This document shows positions 1 through 14,900 of a DNA stretch of 64,000 bases, piece after piece; the first letter of the stretch is position 1; each line of letters begins with the position of its first letter. The stretch covers positions 239,258,001 through 239,322,000 of the forward strand of contig OZ024740.1 in the NCBI GenBank assembly GCA_964016885.1, given 5' to 3'. Made by a program: the position numbers and the translations under genes. The notes under the pieces were generated by a model that saw only the letters and a program-made list of their open reading frames with translations, did not search any database and was not told where the DNA came from. The DNA comes from Eledone cirrhosa. Its lineage: Eukaryota.

Positions 1-932
1 TTTTCTGCTTAAAACATTCTCATATTAAAACATGTTTCTTTGTTTGCGTGGACATGATGGCTTAATAATAAAAATCTCGAAAGATAATTGGAAAATATTT
101 GCTGCCAATCATCCAAGAAGGTCATGCTTCTTAGAACATGTTCCCAGTCAATCTCGTCAATGTAAAAAAAACAAAAAAAAAACAAAGCAAGCTAGAAGAA
201 TGAAGCAATTAGTTAAGTTTGAGTCTAAAATTAGGAGAAAATCTATAATCTCGTAGCCTAATCTAACGCTACAGGAACATTTTAATAATTTAGATTTTAA
301 GCTTGTTAATGAAGATGGGAATGAGTTTCGGTGGATGGGTGTTTTTGTTGGGTTATAAATAAGACGAGGAGCCTGCTACTAAATGACAGATATATATATA
401 TATATATATATACATGATATGCGTGTGTGTATATGTGTGTGTACAAAAGGTAAGGGATACATATATACATTTATACATCTCTCTAATTATCTCCCTCCCT
501 CTCTAAATATATGGCCTCAGCCGGATGGCTGAAAGAGGTAAAAGAGTAAAAGAGATATATATATATATTATATATATATATATATATAATTATTATTCAA
601 AATGTTAACAAATGAAAAATATTCTCATAATCAAAATACATACAAAATAAGGGAACATCGAATAGAGGTGTATAAAAAAACCGTTGTTTTCAAATGTTAT
701 ATCAAATAAGACATCGAATCTATTCACATAAACAATAGAATATCTCTTGTATTTGATTATGCTTTAGATAATTATACTTATATATATATAATTATACATA
801 TATATATACACACACATATATATATATATATATACACACACACGCACACACATACACATTCATGCGCATGCGCGCACAGACTTACACTCATATATATATA
901 TATATATATGTATACATATATATATATACACA

Positions 933-1028
<96 letters not shown>

Positions 1029-2112
1029 GGTAATATTTTGTCTACAGCGAAACGATCATACGTAGTCATTACACTTTACACATATTACCAATTATATAGA
1101 CAACTTGTCAGAAGCCTTCGAGTGACGTGTATTTGAATCCAATGAGGTGAATACAAATGGCTACTCACACGGCATAGCTCCCTCCAGCAGAGATGTTTAA
1201 AGAAATATGTTTCTGAAGACATTTTTGAGCTCTATCAGAAAACAAACAAATAAACTATTAAAGCAACTTTTTTTAATGGCTTTCATATTGGGTGTATTTT
1301 ATTTTGAGACAGGAGAACCAGCTGGAAATATGTTGTTTAGTTCCAAGTTATCTTTGCTTCAGCAACATATAAGAAAATGTACTCCAAGCATGACCCTGCC
1401 ATTCTTCTATCGGGCATTGCGAATTGAGGACATCATTATTCAACGTGTTTTGAAGGGGATTTGACTGCTATTTCTAGCATCTCTAGCGATCACATAGAGG
1501 ATCCCACATTAGCACACCGACAATGATATTTAGTTGATAAATATCTCAACTGTGAGCTCTAGGCGGTGAAATGTCGGAAGCATAAAACGTCGGATAGCAT
1601 TTCTTTCCGCTTTTTGTGCTCCGTGTTCAAATTCTGCCGATCCCAATCTTGCATTTCCTCCTATCGGAACTGATAGAAACGTACCAGTCAAGTTTTGGGG
1701 TCGATTTTCCCTATGTCTCAAAATTGGAGACGTGAAACAGCTTAGAAATGAACGTACATGTTGCGGCACCGCCAATCGTTTCACCACCCTTCTATGGTAA
1801 TGACAGGAAGAAGAATCCTTTTACTATTAACCCTTTTACTGTTCATCCTTATACAAATACTTATATGTATACAAAACAATGATGGAGCATCTACAAAGTC
1901 ACTGCCGTTGCTAGGAATAACAGCAAAATTCCCTCATATCATACCCTAGTGTCTTGAAAATAGAAAAGACACATAGACAATGTTGTGTTATACACACCCA
2001 AAGAAAATTATAAATAAACTGAAAGAGCCAAATGACTAACTACTTTTATATTTATATGCCTAAAATTAAAAGATGGAATAGGCTGAATTACCTTTCATTA
2101 TATGTCTGGTCG

Positions 2113-2333
2113 AGGGTGGTGGATTGGCAGTATCAGTAGAGGGTCGGACGCCATGCTTTGCAGCATAGAGTTACGGCCCTTTATCATCTGAGTTCAAATC
2201 CCGCCGAGGTTAAATTTGCCTTTCATCCTTACGGGGTCGATAAAATAAAGTACCAGTCCCGCACTGGGGTCGATTTAATCGACTTTCCCCTCCCCCAAAT
2301 TTGCTGGCCTTGTGCCTATATAAGAAACCATTA
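2113..2333 (+). mobile_element. tRNA-derived SINE, long subfamily, full length, with 17-bp TSD
   Basis: A-box-like TGGCAGTATCAGTAG and B-box GAGTTCAAATCCC; body GGGGTCGATAAAATAAAGTACCAGT; tail CCTTGTGCCTATATAAGAAACCATTA; flanked by CATTATATGTCTGGTCG at 2096-2112 and 2329-2345. Confidence 0.9.
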
Positions 2334-4035
2334 TATGTCTGGTCGTCTGGTTAATAAGTTCACTTTGCAATCTGGTTCAATCCCACTTCATATGTTTTGT
2401 ATTATAGTCACGGTTCGAGAATATGGTAGAAGTGATTTGCATTTTGATTGAACTTAGGTAGATGAAAAATGTACGGAAGCCCGTAGATGGACTGTATCTA
2501 TTATTGCGTTATAGACTTAATCTGTCATCTGGTTTAAATCTATTGACTCGACTACGGATAGTTTTATCAGAGTCAACTTTGTTTCAAAAGTTTGGACTAC
2601 GACTTGTTTTCTCTTTTATTACTCCCACTAGATTCGGCGGTCCTTCATCAGAAAAGAGAAATTTTTCTTGCAGCATAGTTCTACTTAAATGTATGGATTG
2701 GGCAGTTCGATGTCTTCGTTGGCTGGTGATTGTTATTTTACAGATTTTTTCTCCCATCTGGAGTATGAATATTCTGTGAAAAAGTATTTTTTGTGGCCAC
2801 CATAGGGACAGTAAACATAAAAACTGCCATTCTTATCTAATCCTGTTGTATATTTTGTTCTCAGCATATATAATGACTCAACCGTTGAAAGTTGGGAGCT
2901 AAATACATTTATTTCTAAATATATCTTATTTTATGATGGAAATGTACTTAAATGATTTTCAGGAACAAAGAACCACCCAACAAAAAAAGGGGAAATATAA
3001 TTCGATATTAATATTCATATTTACAAGTGTATTTTACGTGTAGATCTTTACATATATATTATTAATATGGCTCTCTTTCATGCATCATTCACTCTGTGAT
3101 ATTTTCAAAACTATATTCATATTTATTCTAATATTAATAATGTCACTATTTTAAAACGTATTTTGCATGTATGTCCATTACATGTATATTAGGTTAGGTT
3201 ATTACTATGGTTCTGCAACATGCACCAATACCTCTGTGTTATTCTAACATACAGAGATATATTTAGAGATTTATGAAGAAATATTTGTATTTAGCTCCCA
3301 ATGTTCATTAGTGAAGCGAGCTTCCTTCTATGTATAGAACAAAATATATATCCCTGCTATGTCATCCATGCATGGGTCCTTTACTCCTGGTGGAGTCGTA
3401 GGAGTGTCATCGTGTCATATGGCTTGACGTGGACCTTTAAACTTGGCAGAGCCCATCCCTCTTCAGATCGGAACACAGCTCCTTCCAGAGAAATAGAGAG
3501 AAGGAGATTGAGAGAGCGAGAGAAAAGCGACTAAGAATTATAGAGGAAGAATTGATTCTATTTATTTATCAACCCCGAAATGATGAAATACCATCCCTTT
3601 GTGTATTTTGAAGGAGAATTGACTGCCATTTCTAGAAGCTCTAGGGATCACATAGAATCTCCCTTGGTCGGGAATTAGAACGCAAAGAGCCGGAACAAAT
3701 ACCGTGAAGTATATTAACCGACGTCCTAACGGATTAAATGAATGAAGCAACTTTCATGTTTAATTTCCGTATGGAGAAAGATTCTTCACAGAAGATATAT
3801 TTGCCGGATGAAAGATGGAAAAAGTTTAATCTTCAGTTAGTCTCCAACAATAGGAAACGACCTAAATCATAAATATAGATAAGAATGCTTGATAATCCCA
3901 ACCTCACTGATGACGATACATTGGTATCAGAAACCCATATGTCTCATAAAAAAATTGATATTAATTCTATGTTAATATTTACACTTCCGCGTGTATAGTG
4001 CAGGTATGCCGTTATATTAATATTTGGTTTCATTT

Positions 4036-4210
4036 GGGAGAGGGTCGGACGCCATGATTTGACGTATAGAGTTACGGCCCTTGCCATTCTGAGTTCAAAT
4101 CCCGCCGAGGTTAACTTTGCCTTTCATCCTTACGGGGTCGATAAAATAAAGTACCAGTAATGCACTGGGTAATTGCTGGCCTTGTGCCAAAAGTAGAAAC
4201 AATTATTATT
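4036..4210 (+). mobile_element. Same SINE family, short subfamily, 5'-truncated
   Basis: B-box and body nearly identical to other copies; ends GTAGAAACAATTATTATT. Confidence 0.85.
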
Positions 4211-4242
4211 ATATGCATCGAGCTCTCTTTGTTATTATGATA

Positions 4243-4567
<325 letters not shown>

Positions 4568-5004
4568 TGCTAGAGAGAAAAGAAAACCAGATTTTTGTCG
4601 CTTTTAGCAGAGTCCTCTCTATTGCAAATCCATCGGATCAAGTTGCGCTACTTCTTAGTACTGTAATGCATTGGATGTGGTCTTTCGCTCCCAGTCTCTG
4701 AGGTTCTGTAAAAGGGTCAGGAGTGCTTCCCTTTTTCATCAGACGAAACCTTAAAAGAGAAAGCATATTATTTAACCACCCCTCTTTCGAAATATAACCT
4801 TCAACTGTTGCTGTTTTTGTTTTTTCTCCTATATGCATCAACTGACAGATTTTCAAAGTGAATAATACGTTTATCGATCTCACCAGTCTGGGAAGGTCTG
4901 CAAATGTGATGGATATTGTTCCACCACCGTCTCGTCAGCTAATTAAAACACACACACACACACGCAGGTATATACACACGTACACAATTCATTATTCACA
5001 CACA

Positions 5005-5123
<119 letters not shown>

Positions 5124-5184
5124 GTCCATTTACTTTTTTGTGGTTCACCAATGGATAGAACTGGTTATTCCGTTTAGTAATCAT

Positions 5185-5350
5185 TTGGCAGTATCGGTAG
5201 AGGGTCGGACGCCATGCTTTGCAGCAAAGAGTTACGGCCTTTATGGTCTGAGTTCAAATCCCGCCAAGTTTAACTTTGCCTTTCATCCTTACGATTCATC
5301 CAGTAATGCACTGGGTATTTTGCTGGCCTTGTGCCAAAAGTAGAAACAAG
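5185..5350 (+). mobile_element. Same SINE family, internally deleted copy
   Basis: TTGGCAGTATCGGTAGAGGGTCGGACGCC...GAGTTCAAATCCCGCC...GGCCTTGTGCCAAAAGTAGAAAC. Confidence 0.85.
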
Positions 5351-6100
5351 TATGTATTAGTAGGAAAAGCACTCTACGTCACGCAACTTATCCATATATC
5401 GTTGATGTTGAATCATGAGGCCGGTCTGGTAATATCCCTTTAAACTTTATTGTTGCAAAAAAGAAAAAAAACTATATATATTTCAATGGCCTGGTTACGT
5501 AAGATTCTGGCGGCATCATCAGGTGTGGATTGCATAATTAGTTAATCAATAAAGGAATTACGGCAAACACAAACAGAGAAAAAAATATTTGATTCGTGAG
5601 ATAGGTGTTATTGTTGCTGTAGACCATCTCCGAATAACAAGCGCGTCAGTGCAAAGCATTGTGGGTTTGGTAGGCGCGACCAAAGTGTTTGTGGGGCTTG
5701 TGTGGTGGTGACATAAGTTCCTCTGTTATAGATACTGCTATGCCGTCAATGAAAGCCTCCAAGTGTGCTGCCACAGAGGTTAGGAGTAGCAAATTCTGTA
5801 TAAATATATCCTGGCAAAAAACCAGCAAAGATGAAAGGAGATATGTTCTAGGGAGACCAAGAGGATTATACAAAGTAATAACAAGTAATAAAATTGTACA
5901 AAATGTAATGAAAGTTGGGTTGAATGTCGTGTTAAGTAAGTGAACAAAAATGAATTACGAAAAATACCTTACGGAAAAGATACATTAAGAAAGTATTAAG
6001 AGAACATATAAATTAGGAGTAAATATAGATTTGAATATATATTAGTTATTGCCAGTGTTTCGTTAAAATAATTGGTTGAGGGTTAGTAATCGAGTTCACA

Positions 6101-6197
<97 letters not shown>

Positions 6198-6500
6198 TAT
6201 TGATTTAATATGCTTACGCAAACTTATATACTGTATTGTGTTATTTGGTACTAACATACCTTTTGTTCGATTTGGGCAAAATAAGAAATGCTTGATGATG
6301 ATGATGATGATAATAATGATGATAGTGGTGGTGATGATAATGATGATGATGACGATAATAATGTCAATGATGTGATGATGAGTATGATACGATGTTAATG
6401 ATATTATTAATTTCGGCGGTTATTGGTTATATACTAATGGCAATGATATTGATAAATATAATTGGAGTAGTGATTGGTTGTATGGGAGAAGCAGTAACAC

Positions 6501-8169
6501 GGTGATAATAGTAGAGATGGTGTAGTTTAGTAGATAATAGTAGAGATGGTGTAGTGTAGTAGATAATAGTAGAGATGGTGTAGTGTAGTAGATAATAGTA
6601 GAGATGGTGTAGTTTAGTAGATAATAGTAGAGATGGTGTAGTTTAGGTGATAATAGTAGAGATGGTGTAGTTTAGGTGATAATAGTAGTGATGGTGTAGT
6701 TTAGTAGATAATAGTAGAGATGGTGTAGTTTAGTAGATAATAGTAGAGATGGTGTAGTTTAGTAGATAATAGTAGAGATGGTGTAGTGTAGTAGATAATA
6801 GTAGAGATGGTGTAGTTTAGTAGATAATAGTAGAGATGGTGTAGTGTAGTAGATAATAGTAGAGATGGTGTAGTTTAGTAGATAATAGTAGAGATGGTGT
6901 AGTTTAGTAGATAATAGTAGAGATGGTGTAGTGTAGTAGATAATAGTAGAGATGGTGTAGTTTAGGTGATAATAGTAGAGATGGTGTAGTGTAGTAGATA
7001 ATAGTAGTGATGGTGTAGTTTAGTAGATAATAATAGAGATGGTGTAGTTTAGTAGATAATAGTAGTGATGGTGTAGTTTAGTAGATAATAGTAGAGATGG
7101 TGTAGTTTAGTAGATAATAGTAGTGATGGTGTAGTTTAGTAGATAATAGTAGAGATGGTGTAGTGTAGTAGATAATAGTAGTGATGGTGTAGTTTAGTAG
7201 ATAATAGTAGAGATGGTGTAGTTTAGGTGATAATAGTAGAGATGGTGTAGTTTAGTAGATAATAGTAGTGATGGTGTAGTTTAGTAGATAATAGTAGAGA
7301 TGGTGTAGTTTAGGTGATAATAGTAGAGATGGTGTAGTTTAGTAGATAATAGTAGAGATGGTGTAGTTTAGTAGATAATAGTAGTGATGGTGTAGTTTAG
7401 TAGATAATAGTAGAGATGGTGTAGTTTAGTAGATAATAGTAGAGATGGTGTAGTTTAGTAGATAATAGTAGAGATGGTGTAGTGTAGTAGATAATAGAAG
7501 AGATTGTGTAGTTTAGTAGATAATAGTAGAAATGGTGTAGTTTAGTAGATAATAGTAGAGATGGTGTAGTTTAGTAGATAATAGTAGAGATGGTGTAGTT
7601 TAGTAGATAATAGTAGAAATGGTGTAGTTTAGTAGATAATAGTAGAGATGGTGTAGTTTAGTAGATAATAGTAGTGATGGTGTAGTTTAGTAGATAATAG
7701 TAGAGATGGTGTAGTTTAGTAGATAATAGTAGTGATGGTGTAGTTTAGTAGATAATAGTAGAGATGGTGTAGTTTAGTAGATAATAGTAGAGATGGTGTA
7801 GTTTAGTAGATAATAGTAGAGATGGTGTAGTTTAGGTGATAATAGTAGAGATGGTGTAGTTTAGTAGATAATAGTAGAGATGGTGTAGTTTAGGTGATAA
7901 TAGTAGAGATGGTGTAGTTTAGTAGATAATAGTAGAGATGGTGTAGTTTAGTAGATAATAGTAGTGATGGTGTAGTTTAGTAGATAATAGTAGAGATGGT
8001 GTAGTTTAGGTGATAATAGTAGAGATGGTGTAGTTTAGTAGATAATAGTAGAGATGGTGTAGTTTAGTAGATAATAGTAGAGATGGTGTAGTTTAGTAGA
8101 TAATAGTAGAGATGGTGTAGTTTAGGTGATAATAGTAGTGATGGTGTAGTTTAGTAGATAATAGTAGTG
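6501..8169. repeat. 29-bp minisatellite (TAGTAGATAATAGTAGAGATGGTGTAGTT), roughly 57 units with 28-bp variants
   Basis: Head-to-tail near-identical units, no unique spacers. Confidence 0.97.
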
Positions 8170-8247
8170 TATCGATTGCCCTAGTTTCAGAGGCTTTCCA
8201 TTCTAGAGGTAATTTCGATCGATGAAGTTAGGTATAAGCGGCTTATT

Positions 8248-8872
8248 ACATAGACACACATACACATGCACACACATACACATACACGGACACACATCTG
8301 CACACACACACATACATGGACACACATCTGCACACACACACATACATAGACACACATACACATGCACACACATACACATACACGGACACACATCTGCACA
8401 CACACACATACACGGACACACATCTGCACACACACACATACATAGACACACATACACATGCACACACATAAACATACACGGACACACATCTGAACACACA
8501 TACACATACATGGACACACATACACATGCACACACATACACATACACGGACACACATCTGCACACACATACACATACATGGACACACATACACATACACG
8601 GACACACATCTGCACACACATACACATACACACACATACACGGACACACATCTGCACACACATACACATACATGGACACACATACACATGCACACACATA
8701 CACATACACGGACACACATCTGCACACACATACACATACATGGACACACATACACATGCACACACATACACATACACGGACACACATCTGCACACACATA
8801 CACATGCACACACATACACATGCACACGGACACACATCTGCACACACATACACATACACGGACACACACACA
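8248..8872. repeat. CA-derived minisatellite (core CACATACACGGACACACATCTGCACA)
   Basis: Recurring GGACACACATCTGCACACACATACACATAC units. Confidence 0.93.
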
Positions 8873-8946
8873 TATATAAACAGTTCACTATCAGCCGACC
8901 ACAGCAACAGCAAGTAAAATAACACCAACAAACATGCATTGCAACT

Positions 8947-11900
8947 ACAACAACAACACCACCGACAACAACAACACCACCGTCAACAACAACACCACCG
9001 TCAACAACAACACCAACGTCAACAACAACACCACCGTCAACAACAACACCACCGACAACAACAACACCACCGTCAACAACAACACCAACGTCAACAACAA
9101 CACCACCGTCAACAACAACACCACCGACAACAACAACACCACCGACAACAACAACACCACCGACAACAACAACACCACCGTCAACAACAACACCAACGTC
9201 AACAACAACACCACCGTCAACAACACCACCACCGTCAACAACAACACCAACGTCAACAACAACACCACCGTCAACAACAACACCACCGTCAACAACAACA
9301 CCACCGTCAACAACACCACCACCGTCAACAACACCACCACCGTCAACAACAACACCACCGACAACAACAACACCACCGTCAACAACACCACCACCGTCAA
9401 CAACACCACCACCGTCAACAACACCACCACCGTCAACAACACCACCACCGTCAACAACACCACCACCGTCAACAACAACACCACCGACAACAACAACACC
9501 ACCGTCAACAACACCACCACCGTCAACAACACCACCACCGTCAACAACAACACCACCGTCAACAACACCACCACCGACAACAACAACACCACCGTCAACA
9601 ACAACACCAACGTCAACAACAACACCACCGTCAACAACACCACCACCGTCAACAACAACACCAACGTCAACAACAACACCACCGTCAACAACAACACCAC
9701 CGTCAACAACACCACCACCGTCAACAACACCACCACCGTCAACAACAACACCACCGACAACAACAACACCACCGACAACAACAACACCACCGACAACAAC
9801 AACACCACCGACAACAACAACACCACCGACAACAACAACACCACCGACAACCACACCACCACCGTCAACAACAACAACACCGACAACAACAACAACAACA
9901 CCGACAACAACAACAACAACACCGACAACAACACCACCACCGACAACAACAACACCACCGACAACAACAACAACACCGACAACAACACCACCACCGTCAA
10001 CAACAACAACACCGTCAACAACAACAACACCGACAACAACACCACCACCGACAACAACAACAACACCGACAACAACAACAACCCCGACAACAACACCACC
10101 ACCGACAACAACAACACCACCGACAACAACAACAACACCGACAACAACACCACCACCGACAACAACAACACCACCGACAACAACAACAACACCGACAACA
10201 ACACCACCACCGACAACAACAACAACACCGTCAACAACAACACCACCGACAACAACAACAACACCGACAACAACAACACCACCGACAACAACAACAACAA
10301 CATCGACAACAACAACACCACCGACAACAACAACACCACCGACAACAACAACAACACCGACAACAACAACACCACCGACAACAACAACACCAACGTCAAC
10401 AACAACAACACCGTCAACAACAACAACAACACCGACAACAACAACACCACCGACAACAACAACACCACCGACAACCACACCACCACCGTCAACAACAACA
10501 ACACCGACAACAACAACACCACCGACAACAACAACAACACCGACAACAACACCACCACCGACAACAACAACAACACCGTCAACAACAACACCACCGACAA
10601 CAACAACAACACCGACAACAACAACACCACCGACAACAACAACACCACCGACAACAACACCACCACCGACAACAACAACACCACCGACAACAACAACAAC
10701 ACCGACAACAACACCACCACCGACAACAACAACAACACCGACAACAACACCACCACCGACAACAACAACAACACCGTCAACAACAACACCACCGACAACA
10801 ACAACAACACCGACAACAACAACACCACCGACAACAACAACACCACCGACAACAACACCACCACCGACAACAACAACACCACCGACAACAACAACAACAC
10901 CGACAACAACACCACCACCGACAACAACAACAACACCGTCAACAACAACAACACCGTCAACAACAACACCACCGACAACAACAACACCACCGACAACAAC
11001 AACAACACCGACAACAACACCACCACCGACAACAACAACAACACCGTCAACAACAACAACACCGTCAACAACAACACCACCGACAACAACAACAACACCG
11101 TCAACAACACCACCACCGACAACAACAACAACAACACCGACAACAACAACACCACCGACAACAACAACAACACCGTCAACAACAACACCACCGACAACAA
11201 CAACAACACCGTCAACAACAACACCACCGACAACCACACCACCACCGACAACAACAACACCACCGACAACAACAACACCACCGACAACAACAACACCACC
11301 GACAACAACAACACCACCGACAACAACAACACCACCGACAACAACAACACCACCGTCAACAACAACACCACCGTCAACAACAACACCACCGACAACAACA
11401 ACACCACCGTCAACAACAACACCACCGACAACAACAACAACACCGTCAACAACAACACCACCGACAACCACACCACCACCGACAACAACAACACCACCGA
11501 CAACAACAACACCACCGACAACAACAACACCACCGTCAACAACAACACCACCGACAACAACAACACCACCGTCAACAACAACACCACCGTCAACAACAAC
11601 ACCACCGACAACAACAACACCACCGACAACAACAACACCACCGACAACAACAACACCACCGTCAACAACAACACCACCGACAACAACAACACCACCGTCA
11701 ACAACAACACCACCGACAACCACACCACCACCGACAACAGCAACACCACCGACAACAACAACAACACCGACAACAACACCACCACCGACAACAACAACAA
11801 CACCGTCAACAACAACAACACCGACAACAACAACACCACCGACAACAACAACACCACCGACAACCACACCACCACCGTCAACAACAACAACACCGACAAC

Positions 11901-14900
11901 AACAACACCACCGACAACAACAACAACACCGACAACAACAACAACAACACCGACAACAACAACACCACCGACAACAACAACACCACCGACAACAACAACA
12001 ACACCGACAACAACACCACCACCGACAACAACAACAACACCGACAACAACAACACCACCGACAACCACACCACCACCGTCAACAACAACAACACCGACAA
12101 CAACAACACCACCGACAACAACAACACCACCGTCAACAACAACACCACCGTCAACAACAACACCACCGACAACAACAACACCACCGACAACAACAACACC
12201 ACCGACAACAACAACAACACCGACAACAACAACACCACCGACAACAACAACACCACCGTCAACAACAACACCACCGACAACAACACCACCACCGACAACA
12301 ACAACACCACCGACAACAACACCACCACCGACAACAACAACACCACCGACAACAACAACACCACCGACAACAACACCACCACCGACAACAACAACAACAC
12401 CGACAACAACACCACCACCGACAACAACAACAACACCGACAACAACAACACCACCGACAACCACACCACCACCGTCAACAACAACAACACCGACAACAAC
12501 AACACCACCGACAACAACAACACCACCGTCAACAACAACACCACCGTCAACAACAACACCACCGACAACAACAACACCACCGACAACAACAACACCACCG
12601 ACAACAACAACAACACCGACAACAACAACACCACCGACAACAACAACACCACCGTCAACAACAACACCACCGACAACAACACCACCACCGACAACAACAA
12701 CACCACCGACAACAACACCACCACCGTCAACAACAACACCACCGACAACAACAACACCACCGACAACAACAACACCACCGACAACAACAACAACACCGAA
12801 CACAACAACACCACCGACAACAACAACACCACCGTCAACAACAACACCACCGACAACAACACCACCACCGACAACAACAACACCACCGACAACAACACCA
12901 CCACCGACAACAACAACACCACCGTCAACAACAACACCACCGACAACAACAACACCACCGACAACAACACCACCACCGACAACAACAACAACACCGACAA
13001 CAACAACACCACCGACAACCACACCACCACCGTCAACAACAACAACACCGACAACAACAACACCACCGACAACAACAACACCACCGTCAACAACAACACC
13101 ACCGTCAACAACAACACCACCGACAACAACAACACCACCGACAACAACAACAACACCGACAACAACACCACCACCGTCAACAACAACAACACCGACAACA
13201 ACAACACCACCGACAACCACACCACCACCGTCAACAACAACACCACCGTCAACAACAACACCACCGACAACAACAACACCACCGACAACAACAACACCAC
13301 CGACAACAACAACAACACCGACAACAACACCACCACCGACAACAACAACAACACCGTCAACAACAACAACAACACCGACAACAACAACACCACCGACAAC
13401 AACAACACCACCGACAACAACAACACCACCGACAACAACAACACCACCGACAACAACAACAACACCGACAACAACACCACCACCGACAACAACACCACCA
13501 CCGTCAACAACACCACCACCGTCAACAACACCACCACCGTCAACAACACCACCACCGTCAACAACAACACCACCGACAACAACAACACCACCGTCAACAA
13601 CACCACCACCGTCAACAACACCACCACCGTCAACAACAACACCACCGTCAACAACACCACCACCGTCAACAACACCACCACCGACAACAACAACACCACC
13701 GTCAACAACAACACCAATGTCAACAACAACACCACCGTCAACAACAACACCACCGTCAACAACAACACCACCGTCAACAACACCACCACCGTCAACAACA
13801 CCACCACCGTCAACAACAACACCACCGACAACAACAACACCACCGACAACAACAACACCACCGACAACAACAACACCACCGACAACAACAACACCACCGA
13901 CAACAACAACACCACCGACAACCACACCACCACCGTCAACAACAACAACACCGACAACAACAACAACAACACCGACAACAACACCACCACCGACAACAAC
14001 AACACCACCGACAACAACAACAACACCGACAACAACACCACCACCGTCAACAACAACAACACCGTCAACAACAACAACACCGACAACAACACCACCACCG
14101 ACAACAACAACAACACCGACAACAACAACAACCCCGACAACAACACCACCACCGACAACAACAACACCACCGACAACAACAACAACACCGACAACAACAC
14201 CACCACCGACAACAACAACACCACCGACAACAACAACAACACCGACAACAACACCACCACCGTCAACAACAACAACACCGTCAACAACAACAACACCGAC
14301 AACAACACCACCACCGACAACAACAACAACACCGACAACAACAACAACCCCGACAACAACACCACCACCGACAACAACAACACCACCGACAACAACAACA
14401 ACACCGACAACAACACCACCACCGACAACAACAACACCACCGACAACAACAACAACACCGACAACAACACCACCACCGACAACAACAACAACACCGTCAA
14501 CAACAACACCACCGACAACAACACCACCACCGACAACAACAACACCACCGACAACAACAACAACACCGACAACAACACCACCACCGACAACAACAACAAC
14601 ACCGACAACAACAACACCACCGACAACAACAACAACATCGACAACAACAACACCACCGACAACAACAACACCACCGACAACAACAACAACACCGACAACA
14701 ACAACACCACCGACAACAACAACACCAACGTCAACAACAACAACACCGTCAACAACAACAACAACACCGACAACAACAACACCACCGACAACAACAACAC
14801 CACCGACAACCACACCACCACCGTCAACAACAACAACACCGACAACAACAACACCACCGACAACAACAACAACACCGACAACAACACCACCACCGACAAC

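Noticed and set aside
3901-3945. Hammerhead-like CTGATGA-GATAC/GTATC-GAAAC...GTC
   Set aside because: Core boxes and stem II are present but stem I cannot form; at best a decayed copy.
5646-5943. Overlapping 75-84 aa ORFs in moderately GC-rich sequence
   Set aside because: No recognisable motif or convincing splice sites.
6501-8169. 29-bp repeat array resembling CRISPR in unit length
   Set aside because: Units are contiguous with no unique spacers, there are no cas genes, and the context is eukaryotic.
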